A stretch of DNA of 63,879 nucleotides, filler included, from Reclinomonas americana ATCC 50394 (Eukaryota), in NCBI GenBank assembly GCA_048213135.1. It is 14 parts of 14 records of this genome, joined end to end, with 100 filler letters (N's around TTAATTAATTAA, not from the genome) between each part and the next. Parts side by side here need not be neighbours in the genome. Positions count along the whole stretch, not along the records: positions 33,020 to 35,836 come from AFZH01018771.1; positions 35,937 to 38,903 come from AFZH01018772.1; positions 39,004 to 48,212 come from AFZH01018773.1; positions 48,313 to 55,245 come from AFZH01018774.1; 10 more parts are not named here. One strand, given 5' to 3'. The translations under genes were made by a program, and so were the position numbers. This document shows positions 35,399 to 55,345 of the stretch, in pieces. The notes beneath the pieces were generated by a model that was not told where the DNA came from, ran no database searches, and saw only the letters and a list, made by a program, of their open reading frames with translations. How positions within the stretch are numbered: the first letter of the stretch is position 1; each line of letters starts with the position of its first letter.

Positions 35399-38300
35399 TC
35401 AGCAGGCGGTCTTGCACACTCCCGTGCAGCACTTGAGATTCGGAAGGCACTGCACATTGGCGCACGGACCGCATTTCAGCGGATCATTGGTCGGTGCCAC
35501 GCATGATCCGCTGCAGCAATTGGGTGCCGACAGCGGGCACACGTGTCCGCATGTGCCACAATTCTTGGCGTCTGTGGCGAAGCTCTGGGTATTGACGCAG
35601 ACGCTGTTGCAGCACGACTGGCCTGTGGGGCACGTCTTGCCACATGTGCCGCAGTTGCTGGCGTTGCTGCTGAGATTGGTGCAGACGCCGTTGCAGCACG
35701 ACTGGCCAGTGGGGCACACGTTGCCGCATTTGCCGCAGTTCTTGGCGTCCGTGGCGAAGCTCTGGGTATTGACGCACAAGCCGTTGCAGCAGACCTGACC
35801 AGTGGCGCACGTCTTGCCACAGGTGCCGCAGTTGTTNNNNNNNNNNNNNNNNNNNNNNNNNNNNNNNNNNNNNNNNNNNNTTAATTAATTAANNNNNNNN
35901 NNNNNNNNNNNNNNNNNNNNNNNNNNNNNNNNNNNNGGCGTTGTTGCTGAGATTGGTGCAGACGCCGTTGCAGCACGACTGGCCAGTGGGGCACACGTTG
36001 CCGCATTTGCCGCAGTTCTTGGCGTCGGTGGCGTAGTTGCTGATCGCGTAACACACGCCGTTGCAGCAGTCCTGGCCGGCGGCACACGTCTTGCCACAAG
36101 TGCCGCAGTTGCTGGCGTTGCTGCTGAGGCTGACGCACTTGCCGTTGCAGCACGACTGGCCAGTGGGGCACACGTTGCCGCACGAGCCGCAATTCTTGAC
36201 GTCGGTGGCGTAGTTGCTGATCGCGTAACACACACCGTTGCAGCAGTCCTGACCGGCAGCGCACGACTTGCCGCAAGTACCACAGTTACTGGCATTGTTG
36301 CTGAGATTGGTGCAGACGCCGCTGCAGCAGGCGCGACCGGGAAGGCACTGCACATTGGCGCACGGACCGCACTTCAGCGGATCGTTGGTCGGTGCCACAC
36401 ACGATCCGCTGCAGCAATTGGGTGCCGTCAGCGGGCACACATGCCCGCACGTGCCACAATTCTTGGCGTCCGTGGTGAAGCTCTGAGAATTGACGCAGAC
36501 GCCGTTGCAGCACGACTGACCGGTGGCGCACGTCTTGCCACAGGTGCCGCAGTTGCTCGAATCGCTGTTCATGGAGACACACTTGCCGTAGCAGCATGAC
36601 TGGCCAGTGGGGCACACATTGCCACACGAGCCGCAGTTCTTGCTGTCAAACGTGAAGGCGCTGGGGAAGACGCACAAGCCGTTGCAGCAGACCTGACCGG
36701 CGGCGCACGACTTGCCGCAGGTGCCGCAGTTGGTGGCGTTGTTGCTGAGATTGGTGCAGACGCCGTTGCAGCACGACTGGCCGGTGGGGCACACGTTGCC
36801 GCATTTGCCGCAGTTCTTGGCGTCGGTGGCGTAGTTGCTGATGGTGTAACACACACCATTGCAGCAGTCCTGACCGGCGGCGCATGACTTGCCGCACGTG
36901 CCACAGTTGAATGGATTGTTGCTGAGGTTGACACACTTGCCGGCGCAGCACGACTGGCCAGTGGGGCACAAAAAGCCGCATTTGCCGCAGTTCTTGGGGT
37001 CCGTCTGCATGCTGAGCACACTGGTGCACACACTAGCGCAACAGGCATCTGCCGGACCGCAAATCTTGCCACACGCGCCGCAGTTGCTGAGACTCGAAGT
37101 CAGGTCCGTACACGCGCCTCGGCAGCATGCTTGAGGGTTCTGTGGGGAAATGAAGAAGAAGAAGGTGGCAAAGAAGGGGCAATGTACGGTAGATGAATGA
37201 GATTATGGTCATGGGAGGGAGATTGTCATAGGCAACGAACAGCAGCAGCAACGCAACGGGGCAAACTTTATCGCACGTGCCGCAGTTGTTGACATCGTGG
37301 AGGAGGTCCTGGCATAGACCGACGCAGCACGTCAAGGACGCCGCGCAGGCGTTGGCGTTACAGAGCACTGCGCATTAATTCAAGGATATTATTCATAATG
37401 TCATAGCGGCACCACGAATACACAGCGTCACTCACACTGTGCCTCCACTCGGAGTCCGGTGCCATAAGTGTCATTGTGGATTTTCACCGACAGCACATTG
37501 CCGGCCTTGGGGAGCCATCCATTCACCGTCACCCACAAATGGCTTGACAGCGAGTACGAGTTGGTGAGTGACCACGCGGGATAGGGCACGGTTATTAGAT
37601 CAGTGGTGCCGGCAGGCGTCAGTTGCACAAAGGCGGTCGTCGAGGCTGGAACGGAATCTCCCTCCAGTCGAATCTGCAGGATCGCTGTGCCTTGACTGTA
37701 CCCCGTCATGTCAAAGCTGGTGGTGTACTGCAACGTCTTGTCATTCCACGCAAAGGGAGCCGTGCTGCTGCTGGCTGTGCGAGAGAGGCAAAGGGATATC
37801 GATGGGGAAAGAGAGAGAGAATGGTTAAGAAGAGATCGAGAAAGATAAAGAGAAGGAGGAGCATAGAGATACGTATACAGAGACAGACGGGAAGACTGAT
37901 ACTTACAGAGAGACACGCAGACAGACAGAGACCGACAGGAGAGAGAGATAGAGTGCAAGATCGAGAGAGAAAGGGAAGTGAGAGCACAGAATCCGATCTC
38001 GACCACTCACATGGAGTCACCCACGCAGAGGCCGCAGAGGCAGAGTCCCAGCAAATGGTGCTCGAGCCGTCAGAGTAGCACAGCGAAGGGTTGCTAACGA
38101 AGGCCTTGGTGGTCTGGCCGTTCACAGTGACACTCCAATGGTCGTCCTGCGAGTACGTGACGCCAGTACCCACCGGCGGCGCAATGGACGTCCCCTTGAA
38201 GCCAGTGGAGATTTGCCTGACCGGCAGAGGCACACCTGGTCACATAGAAAACAGTTTAAGAAAGGGCTCGACATGGTGCGCGGCTCCGTCCGCCATTTAC

Positions 38301-38534
38301 ACACACACACACACACACTCTCAACAACAGCGCCCAAAACACGCGAGTACATCCACGCACGTCGTGCGACTCACCATGCGAGACGCCGACGAGCAGGATG
38401 ATGACGCACAGCAGCGTCACAAGGAGACGAGAGGTGACTGCGAAGAGGGGAGGCGGAGAAATTATCAGACAAACAACAAAGGAGAGTATGAAGCTGAAGC
38501 CAGCACGGCACCACTCACCATGTTTGGTGGGCAT
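35399..38534 (-). CDS. Secreted protein: signal peptide + jelly-roll-like beta-sandwich + many STIG1-like Cys-rich repeats (spans a gap)
   Basis: MPTKH|VTSRLLVTLLCVIILLVGVSH signal peptide. Domain LQYTTSFDMTGY...AGNVLSVKIHNDTYGTGLRVE. More than 15 units of C-x-N-L-S-N-N-x-x-N-C-G-x-C-G-x-x-C-x-x-G-Q-x-C-C-N-G-V. Stop after CTGVCKTAC. Confidence 0.85.
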
Positions 38535-39003
38535 TGTTGTTTGGTACAAGGAGTTGGAAGAGTGGTGGCGCTTCTGAGATTGTTGCGTGTGGAGGTGCGG
38601 TGTGTGCGTTGTTCGATTTTGCGAATCTCGTTTTTTCCGAACCCTTCTTGTCCTCCGCTGCGCATGCATATGCATTGATAGTCAACGAAGTCTCGAGTCG
38701 TCGGGCCTTCTCCATCCCAGATGATCGCGATCTAATTCCACGACGTCACATGTGTGTGGGTGGATGAAATGAGGCCATGGAACGCGTGCTGCTTGCCGTT
38801 CAGCGAATCTTCGCTCACGTATCCACATCCGCCCATGTCGCCCTGTCATTCGAACGCGGCGTGGTTGCTTTGTGAAGCAGCATCACTGCCCGCCTCCTCT
38901 CTTNNNNNNNNNNNNNNNNNNNNNNNNNNNNNNNNNNNNNNNNNNNNTTAATTAATTAANNNNNNNNNNNNNNNNNNNNNNNNNNNNNNNNNNNNNNNNN
39001 NNN

Positions 39004-39336
39004 GTTAGTGGGAGTGGAGACAGCATTGTGCGGGTATGGTCTCTGGCGAGTGATGAGGAAGTACGACGGTTGAAGGGTCATGACGGATGGGTTTCGTCCG
39101 TGGCCGTCTCTCCCGAGGGTCTCCACATTGTGAGTTCGGGCGGCATTGACAAGACCGTGCGAGTATGGTCCACGCCGCGTGGCCTTGCTCGTCTCGAACT
39201 CGACGCCGCGCACTCGGCCATGCAGGCTGTGCAGGAGATGCAGGAGGAAGGCGCTGGGGGGTCGCGCTGTTTGCCAGAACTGGTCCTGCGGTGTTTCATG
39301 GTGGAGGAGGCCGAGGTCGTCGCTTTCCGATGCTGA
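39004..39336 (+). CDS. WD40 array copy 7 (type A, 3' part only)
   Basis: GHDGWVSSVAVSPEGLHIVSSGGIDKTVRVWSTPRGLARLELD...CLPELVLRCFMVEEAEVVAFRC*. The upstream block at 38830-38903 matches those before copies 4 and 8. Confidence 0.8.
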   Translation, partial: VSGSGDSIVRVWSLASDEEVRRLKGHDGWVSSVAVSPEGLHIVSSGGIDKTVRVWSTPRGLARLELDAAHSAMQAVQEMQEEGAGGSRCLPELVLRCFMVEEAEVVAFRC

Positions 39337-40039
39337 GTCGGCGAGTCGGAAGGGAGGGAAGGTTGTTGCTGGTGGTGATTGTGAGTTGTTTTTCGTGTCT
39401 TGCGAGGGTGAGCGGGTGATCATACAGGGTGCAGGTGGGGGAGAGATGATGACAGAGGAAAGGGAGAGACCTTTGTTGGTGATTGCTCCCCTGCCATGTG
39501 AATAAGAGTGTGCAGTCGTGAAAGATGTCTCCCTCTGTGTACGTGTGTGTGCAAGTGCATTGAATCACTACGGGGTCTGTTGTGTCTTTTTATCTAGCTG
39601 TGATGTCTGTTGTGCGTGCATCTTTCGTCGCGCTTGTCTGTGCCTCGGGAGAGCGAGTCGCCGATGTTTGTTTCCTCGCGTCTCCCTTTACGCACTTCCT
39701 TGATGTCACTACTCTGTCTGCCATCGTGCTTTTGTGCCGCTTACATTCCCCTTTCGGCTCTGACGACAGATAGTAAGTTGCCAGCTGCAGTGTATGTCCT
39801 CTTCTCACGGGGAAAAAACACTATTGTACAAGCAAATGAAACATGACCCGTCTTATAGTGGAATCCGTCACTGCATACGACGGACTCCTGTTTGTGTAGA
39901 TATTTTGTTCGGCAACGGACTCTCCTGTATTCCTGCGCTGCAAGTTCACTGCAGGTTCGCTGCACTTTGCATCCCCTGCTTTGCATCGAACGAACGCTGC
40001 ACTGCACGCACTGTCTCGTATTTTGGAGAGAAGACCACC

Positions 40040-40660
40040 ATGAAGCAACACGCGGACTCGATGGTGTCGATCATTGTCGAACACCACATCCCCAAGGCGA
40101 ATCTGGCAGCCACACATGTGAGGTGGCCAACGTCATCTGCGGTCGCGCGCGAGCTGATATTTGAGCGTGTTGTATTTCTCCGCAGGATCTGCTCAAGCGC
40201 GCCATTGACGTGGTCAAGGATGTTGAAGGCGTGATGGCGTTCAGCTTGTTGCGCTACGTGCTTCTTGTGTGTTCGAAGATAATGTCGCGTCTCACTGTGT
40301 GCCTGTCAAATTTTTAAGTGCAATCCAGGAGACTCCACTTGGGTACACCTTGTTTGTCCGAGAGCAAGCGGTTGACGCTCGCGCTGCTCTGCGAGCCTTC
40401 CAACTTGCGGGACACATCCTGGCGGAAAGTGCCACTGTTGCGCAGATCTAGAGATGGACAGGGGCGCGCCCGCATGTACATACTGTTTCCTCGCTGACAT
40501 GAAAAATATCACGAACGCGTCGCATGCACAGATGTGTCCCATGATCAAGATGGATATCGCGGGGCCTGCCGCGGAACTGGAAGAGCTGAAGTCTTTCTGC
40601 GACCCTCTCTTTGCTCCGCGCTACTTTCTGCTAACGGAGGGTGGCTTCAACACATACTGA
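40040..40660 (+). CDS. Small dimeric alpha/beta-barrel (ABM monooxygenase-like) protein, 4 exons
   Basis: Spliced: MKQHADSMVSIIVEHHIPKANLAATH|DLLKRAIDVVKDVEGVMAFS|FAIQETPLGYTLFVREQAVDARAALRAFQLAGHILAESAT|MCPMIKMDIAGPAAELEELKSFCDPLFAPRYFLLTEGGFNTY*. The GPAAELEELK..P.YF...GF tail and the ferredoxin-like pattern fit ABM-like proteins. Confidence 0.6.
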
Positions 40661-41224
40661 GGCATGCAAGATCTTAAGAAAACCTGCCACTGCGCCCTCT
40701 ATTGATCAATTGCAAGACTGGTGGAGGTATCGCTGCGGTGTGTGTTAATGCTGTGGATACGGTTGGTCGTCTGTTGCTTGTTTGTTGGTACCGGAGAATG
40801 AATTGTAGCCGTTCAGGCGTGGCAAATTTGGCACTGGTGGCATTGTCTCGACGCTGACGGCCAATTGTCTGGCCGACTTGCGTGCACAACACTCTGCCAG
40901 TCAGCGACGCAGTGATGATGAATGATCGTTTGCTGCACAGGTGCTGCGCATGCATCGCCCGACATAATCATGTCATCTGGGCGGCGCACGTGGCTAGCGC
41001 GCTGCGCTGCACGGCAATATACAACTGCTGACTCAGCTGGCTTTTCTTTCACGCAGTCAGCATGTCTTGCACGTTCATCGACATCCCCTCCACTGCCATC
41101 ACTGTACATAATGACGACAACAACGACACTGTGTCTGTGGTCAACGTCGCTTTCAAGCCTCTCGTTCCCACTGTGCGGCCACCGGTCAGTGGCTGCCGCA
41201 GAGTTGAAATCACTCCTGCTGCAA

Positions 41225-41228
41225 CAGC

Positions 41229-41272
<44 letters not shown>

Positions 41273-41285
41273 CTACAACTACACC
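41225..41285. repeat. (AAC)n microsatellite; similar tracts at 54758-54797 and 54977-55042
   Basis: Direct trinucleotide repeat. Confidence 0.95.
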
Positions 41286-41866
41286 TACCACCTGCTCAAG
41301 CCACCACCCACACACGCCTTGTGCCTGCGCCTATGTCGCCTTGTCATTCAAACGCGGCGTTGAAACAGCGGCCAGTGCCAGCCTCCCTCTCACACTGACA
41401 CCGTGTGACCATGGAGAGTGCATCATGATCAATCATGGATTCACACGGCCGCCCTTCTCATTACACACGCCACGGGGAGAGGGAGTGCACTTGCCCTGCG
41501 CACTCGGTTTCCTGTGTGCATGTGCCCTGATAACTGGGGTGTCGCGCACCCACTCACGAACTGCGCTGCCTCTTCGCTCTCTTTGTGAGTCGTGTGTTGT
41601 TGCTCTCCGCTCGACTCACATGCGTGGCATGCTCGTGGCGTGTCGAGTTGGAACAGGCTCGGCATGCATGCATGCATGCCACTACATCTCACTCGCATCG
41701 CAGAAGGAGCACCATGACAGGTACGGGGAGATAGCGGGTGAGACACAGACAGCACAGCGAGGCGCACGCACGCACGCGAGAGAGAGGAAGAGGATGTTGA
41801 TGTTCTGTCGGATGAATCAGCCTGTTTCCCCGCGCCTAGCCACACACATACACACACACACACACG

Positions 41867-41910
<44 letters not shown>

Positions 41911-41926
41911 CACACGTGCACGGAGA

Positions 41927-43120
41927 ATGGCAACAAAGGTGTGAATGTGTGCACGCTTTGCGTGGTTGGTGTCAGTCTGTGCACTCGTGTGCTTGTGCAT
42001 CGTGTGTGGTAGTTGTGGTGTTGTGCATGTCTCCGAATGTCTCTGCTGTGTGCGTGTGTCTCACCCGCGGGTGATCGGCACAGATCATTCAGAGTCCCGC
42101 TGCAGTGCGGTCTGTCACCATCACTCCCGATGGCAAGCACATTGTTGGTGGGTGCATGGACAGTGCCGTTCAAGTGTGGTCACTGGCGAGTGGGGAAGAA
42201 GTGCGACGGCTGGATGGACACACTCACATTGTGTACTCTGTTGCCGTCACTACTGATGGCCACCACGTTGTCAGTGGCAGCTATGACAACACAGTTCGAG
42301 TGTGGTCGCTGGCGAATGGGGAGGAGGTACGTCGGCAAATGGGACACACCAGTGCGGTGGCGTCTGTCGCCGTTACCCCCGATGGTAAGCATGTCATCAG
42401 CGGCAGCTACGATTACACAGTGAGAGTGTGGTTGCTGGCGAGTGGAAAGGAGGTGCGACGATTAGAAGGACACACTGGATGGTTACATTTGTTGCCGTCA
42501 CTCCCGATGGTCACCACATCGTGAGCGGCGGTGGAGACCGCACCGTGCGGGTGTGGTCACTGGCGAGTGGCGAGGAAGTGCGGCGGTTGGAGGGACACAT
42601 TGGATGGGTGCACTGTGTTACCGTCACTCCCGATGATCAACACGTCGTGAGTGGCAGTAGGGACAACACGGTGCTCGTGTGGTTGGTGGCGAGCGGGGAG
42701 GAAGTACGACGTTTCGAGGGACATGCTGGATGGGTGCAGTCTGTCGCCATCACTCCTGACAGTCAGCACATTGTTAGTGGGAGTGGAGACAGCATTGTGC
42801 GGGCGTGGTCTCTGGCGAGTGGCGAGGAAGTGCGCCGGCTGGAGGGACACACTGGATGGGTGTCGTGTGTGGCCGTCTCTCCCGATTGTCAGCACATTGT
42901 GAGCGCGGGTGGCTACGACGAGACCGTGCGAGTGTGGTCCACGCCGCGTGGCCTTGCTCATCTCGAACTTGACGTCGCGCGCTCGGCCATGCGAGCTGTG
43001 CAGGAGATGCAGGAGGAGGAGAGGGCCACCGAGGAGGAAGTGGATTCACGATGCGTTCCCGAGCTAGTTCTGCGCTGCTTCGTTGTTGAAGATGCCGAGG
43101 TCGTCCTTTTCTGGTGCTGA
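41927..43120 (+). CDS. WD40 array copy 8 (type A, 7 repeats) with a 1-nt frameshift at ~42482 (pseudogene or sequencing error)
   Basis: ATGGCAACAAAG|gt, exon 2 from 42084. GGATGGTTACA appears where sister repeats have GGATGGGT.. (one G missing). Tail CVPELVLRCFVVEDAEVVLFWC*. Confidence 0.85.
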
Positions 43121-43806
43121 GTTGATGAGTCGAAGGGAGGGAGAGCGGTGGCTGCTGGTGATTGTGAGTTGTTTTTCGTGTCTTGCAAGGGAGAGTGGGT
43201 TATCATACAGGGTGCAGGTGGGGAGAGATGATGACAGAGGAAAGGGAGAGACCTTTGTTGGCGATTGTTCCCCTGCCATGTGAATGTGAGTGTGCAGTCG
43301 TGAAGCTCGTCGCCGTCTGCGTGCGTGTGTGTGCAAGTGCATTGAATCACTTCGGGGTCTGTTGTGTCTTGTATTATCTAGCTGTGATGTCTGTTGTGCG
43401 TGCATCTTTCGTCGCGCTTGTCTGTGCCTCGGGAGAGCGAGTCACCGATGCTTGATTGTTCCTCGCTTCTTGATTTACCTCCTTGGCGCCATGTTTCTTC
43501 CTCTCATCGTGCTTTTGCGCCGCTGACATTCTCCTTCTGGCTCACATGTACATGTCATTCAGTTCCGTCTTTACTTCCCATGCGGCGATTGTCTGACGAA
43601 GATCATGAAGGAGATAACTGCGCGTTTGAGGGACTGCAACGTTGCTGCTGGCGGGCTTCTGTGTGAAGAACGCACATGAACCAATCGTCAGTCACGCATC
43701 TGCACGGCAGGCAACGACTCTCTTTCTCTCTCCCTCCCTCTCCCTCTCCCTCTCCCTCTCCCTCTCCCTCTCCCTCTCCCTCTCCCTCTCCCTCTCCCTC
43801 TCTCCG

Positions 43807-43842
<36 letters not shown>

Positions 43843-44195
43843 CACCTGCCACCACGCTGATCGTCGACACGCAGCCTGCAGCTGCAGCATTGATCCGCAT
43901 GCTCACGTGCGTTGTCGATTGACGAGAGAGTGAAGAGCCGTTTACGAATTCCCACGCGCACCCAACAGGTGATCGTATCTGTTATGGCATAGTGAGGACA
44001 GGCACTGGCGAAACGCCACCGTGAAACGGCACCGTCTGTATGTACCGTAGTCGTGATCTTTCGAACAAACAGGGAGCGCTTTTCGGAGAATCTCTGTATG
44101 GCATCCTGGTGAGCACACACTTCTGTATTCATTTCTCTCGCTTCTTCTTCTCTCCCGTTATCGCACTCACTCACGATACGTGCAGCGGAATCGCG

Positions 44196-52582
<8,387 letters not shown>

Positions 52583-53690
52583 CGAGGTCCACTCTAGGGT
52601 CTTCCAATGCCCTTTTATTATTGACTCATTGGTTTGCCTCTTTTCGTTTTTCCCCCTTTATTGATGAGTCCTACGCAGCTGTCTTCGCTTTTTTCTCTTT
52701 TGTCACTCTTTTCCCTTGCCATTCGATTCTTTTTCCACCTGTCGACGATTGGTGTTGTTGATGATTGCCGCCAGTGTAACGAGAGACTTGCTGTTGCTGT
52801 CTGGTCGCCTGTGTTGGAACTTTTGTTCCCTACCCAGATTTCCTCATTGACGGTCACAACAAGAACGGCCCCTGGTGACCGGGTGACGGGTTTCTCGACG
52901 GAGCAATGGTAAGGGGTCAAGGGTAAAGGAGTAGAGAACAACTATAAAGTCACACTATAAGGGCAAGGTATAGAAAAGATGGGTAGGGATCAAATGATCT
53001 AACACCTGCGCTTAATCGGAGACATGCTGATTCGACGAGCCGCGGACGGAAGGCCAAAAGCAATGGGTAGCAGAGCAAGGACGCAGCGTGCGGGTGCATC
53101 CCTCTTTATTCACAGAGCCGAGTCTGGTGCACGACGAAAACGACGGCTCGACCCAATCGTCTGTCTCTCGGTCGATTTCTGCATCCTTTCGACTCACCCG
53201 CCCGCGTGCCCGTCAATCGTCTACGTGTCCGTTGCCTGCGTTCTCTGATCACCCGTCTTGCCCACTCCCTCCTTGGCCATCCCGTCCGTTGCGTTGCGTT
53301 TTGTCTTCTTGCTATCCGTCGCGGTCTACTCGAGCTCATGTCTCCTCGTGGCGTTCACCGCTTTCTGTCTGCCACAGCAGCCCACTCGATTACTCGCTCA
53401 ATGCACAGTACCACGACATCCTGTTTCTCTTCCCGTATCTCTGTGTCTCACTGGTGTCGCGCGGCCATCTCGCTGTTTTGAAGTAGCGCCACCATGGCAG
53501 CAGTCTTCCTCTTTCTCCCTTTTACTTCTCTCTCTCTCTCTCTCTTGCTCGCTCTTCTTCTCTCTTCTCCCTTTCTTTCTCGAGCTCGCCATTTTCATCT
53601 TCTTAGCATGTCCACCATGCTGTACCCGTCACTTCAGACGCAGTCTTCCCTCCTCTCTTTTGCTCTGCAGCTTCTTACCACCACCACCTC

Positions 53691-54565
53691 ATGCACCCTC
53701 GTCGATACTCCTGTTTTGCTAATCGTTGTTCATTATGCGCACAACGACATCGAATATTCGAATCTTTTGAGTGTCGCACCTTTCACCTTTTTTCCCTTTC
53801 TTTTGCGCTCAGACACATCCGCATGTTTCTTGCCCTGCGCAGACAGTGTGTTGGCCAATTCTGTGGTCGGCGATTTGCCGGCGGGCGTGGGTGGAGGAGC
53901 ACATGTACATGTGCAACGTTAACAAATGTCGCTGGCGTAAACGTTTCACCGACGTCGACGAGTGCAAGTACGCAACTCATCCAGGTAAGCTGGAGTGACT
54001 TGTGTCACGCCGTGGTGTGCATCCTGAGCAGATGGTGCACGCACACACGTGCACTGCACAGCCATTGTCAGTGACAGCTCTCGAGTCCGACGCCGCCGGC
54101 AACTCACATTTTCGAGTGGTGGAGCCACTGCGGACCACAGACAGCACGTATGGCGACGGTGTGGCCATTGGAGCGCGGTGGTCGCCGTTTCTCACCGACA
54201 ACCTTGCGAGTCGACATCCGTCGCTGAGCACCAGAGTGAGGGTGCCATCGTCGGCGCCCATCCCTGGTCCGCGAGTACTGCAAATCTCCTCCGAGGTTGA
54301 CAAGTTTCCGCTGCACACCACGGCCCATGTGAGTGCATCATCTCTCGCCCACGGGGCTACATGAGAGCACGCTCATTTCACATGCACACAGAGATCGTAT
54401 GCGTTTGTGTTTCGCGGGTCGCTGAGCATCACCGCCTCCGACGGAGAAGAACGGGTATTCAGCGCAGGAGACATTCTGATTCTCGATGACAAGCCTGGGA
54501 AGGGGCACCACACGCGTTGCACGTCGGAGGTGCCCGCCGTCTTGGTCATTGTTCCAACGCATTAA
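53691..54565 (+). CDS. Cupin-domain protein (5' exons uncertain, may start near 53024)
   Basis: Exons 54062-54328 and 54392-54565 splice in frame: PLSVTALESDAAGNSHFRVVE...FPLHTTAH|RSYAFVFRGSLSITASDGEERVFSAGDILILDDKPGKGHHTRCTSEVPAVLVIVPTH*. This matches the two cupin motifs (H..G.......DG....F..GD......G.GH). Confidence 0.75.
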
Positions 54566-54758
54566 CGTGACAGGTGTTCACATTGACAGTACAGCTGTCA
54601 GTGTTGCGAATGAAGCAGTTTGCAGAATACATGTTGCCACAGATGGGCAAGTGTTGGGAATTGCTGCCTCTTCTGCGCATGCATGTGTTCACACTGCAAC
54701 TGGACTGGGCCTGACAATGCACACCACAAGACCCCGACCTGCTTGGCAACTGCAATTG

Positions 54759-54798
<40 letters not shown>

Positions 54799-54977
54799 TT
54801 CTTATCCAAACAGCAACACAGCTAGCTGCGTGTTGATCTCCATGTATCCATCTTCAGTGCCTCATGCTGGAGTTTTCACAAGAGAAACAACAACTCGTGA
54901 GACGGATGGATGCGACGCAACAGGCCTAGGGATGCAGGAAGAGATCTAAATCATCATGCAGCTGTGTAGCTCTGAAG

Positions 54978-55039
<62 letters not shown>

Positions 55040-55345
55040 GCTGTAGATCTGTAGTTGTTGGCAGTCTTCTTCCTGGCCTGGAGGTTGTGCGTCCTGAATA
55101 GGGGCTTTGTTCTCAACATCGATAACACACTTCAAATAGTATTAGTTGCAGAAGGACAAAGCACCTTGTTGGCGATCACTGGTATCTATCTCTAAGATGC
55201 TTATTGTTGTGTATGGATCAGTGAAGTTTCTATTATTACTGCGATNNNNNNNNNNNNNNNNNNNNNNNNNNNNNNNNNNNNNNNNNNNNTTAATTAATTA
55301 ANNNNNNNNNNNNNNNNNNNNNNNNNNNNNNNNNNNNNNNNNNNN

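Noticed and set aside
42475..42490. Frameshift in WD40 copy 8 (and near 13903 in the vWA gene) as programmed frameshifting or phase variation
   Set aside because: Each is fixed by adding one base to a short homopolymer (GG to GGG; A to AA on the coding strand), typical of homopolymer under-calls. No slippery heptamer or stimulatory structure is evident.
22044..43120. Diversity-generating retroelement or V(D)J-like mechanism behind the WD40 variation
   Set aside because: No reverse transcriptase, recombinase, template repeat or recombination signal is visible, and the changes are not adenine-specific. Duplication, conversion and selection are sufficient.
53842..53986. DVDECK as a calcium-binding EGF start
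   Set aside because: That frame has no EGF cysteine spacing and its phase does not fit the next cupin exon. The ...STQLIQ|gt frame does fit.
53783..54562. Minus-strand ORFs over the cupin region
   Set aside because: They are antisense shadows of the plus-strand cupin exons.
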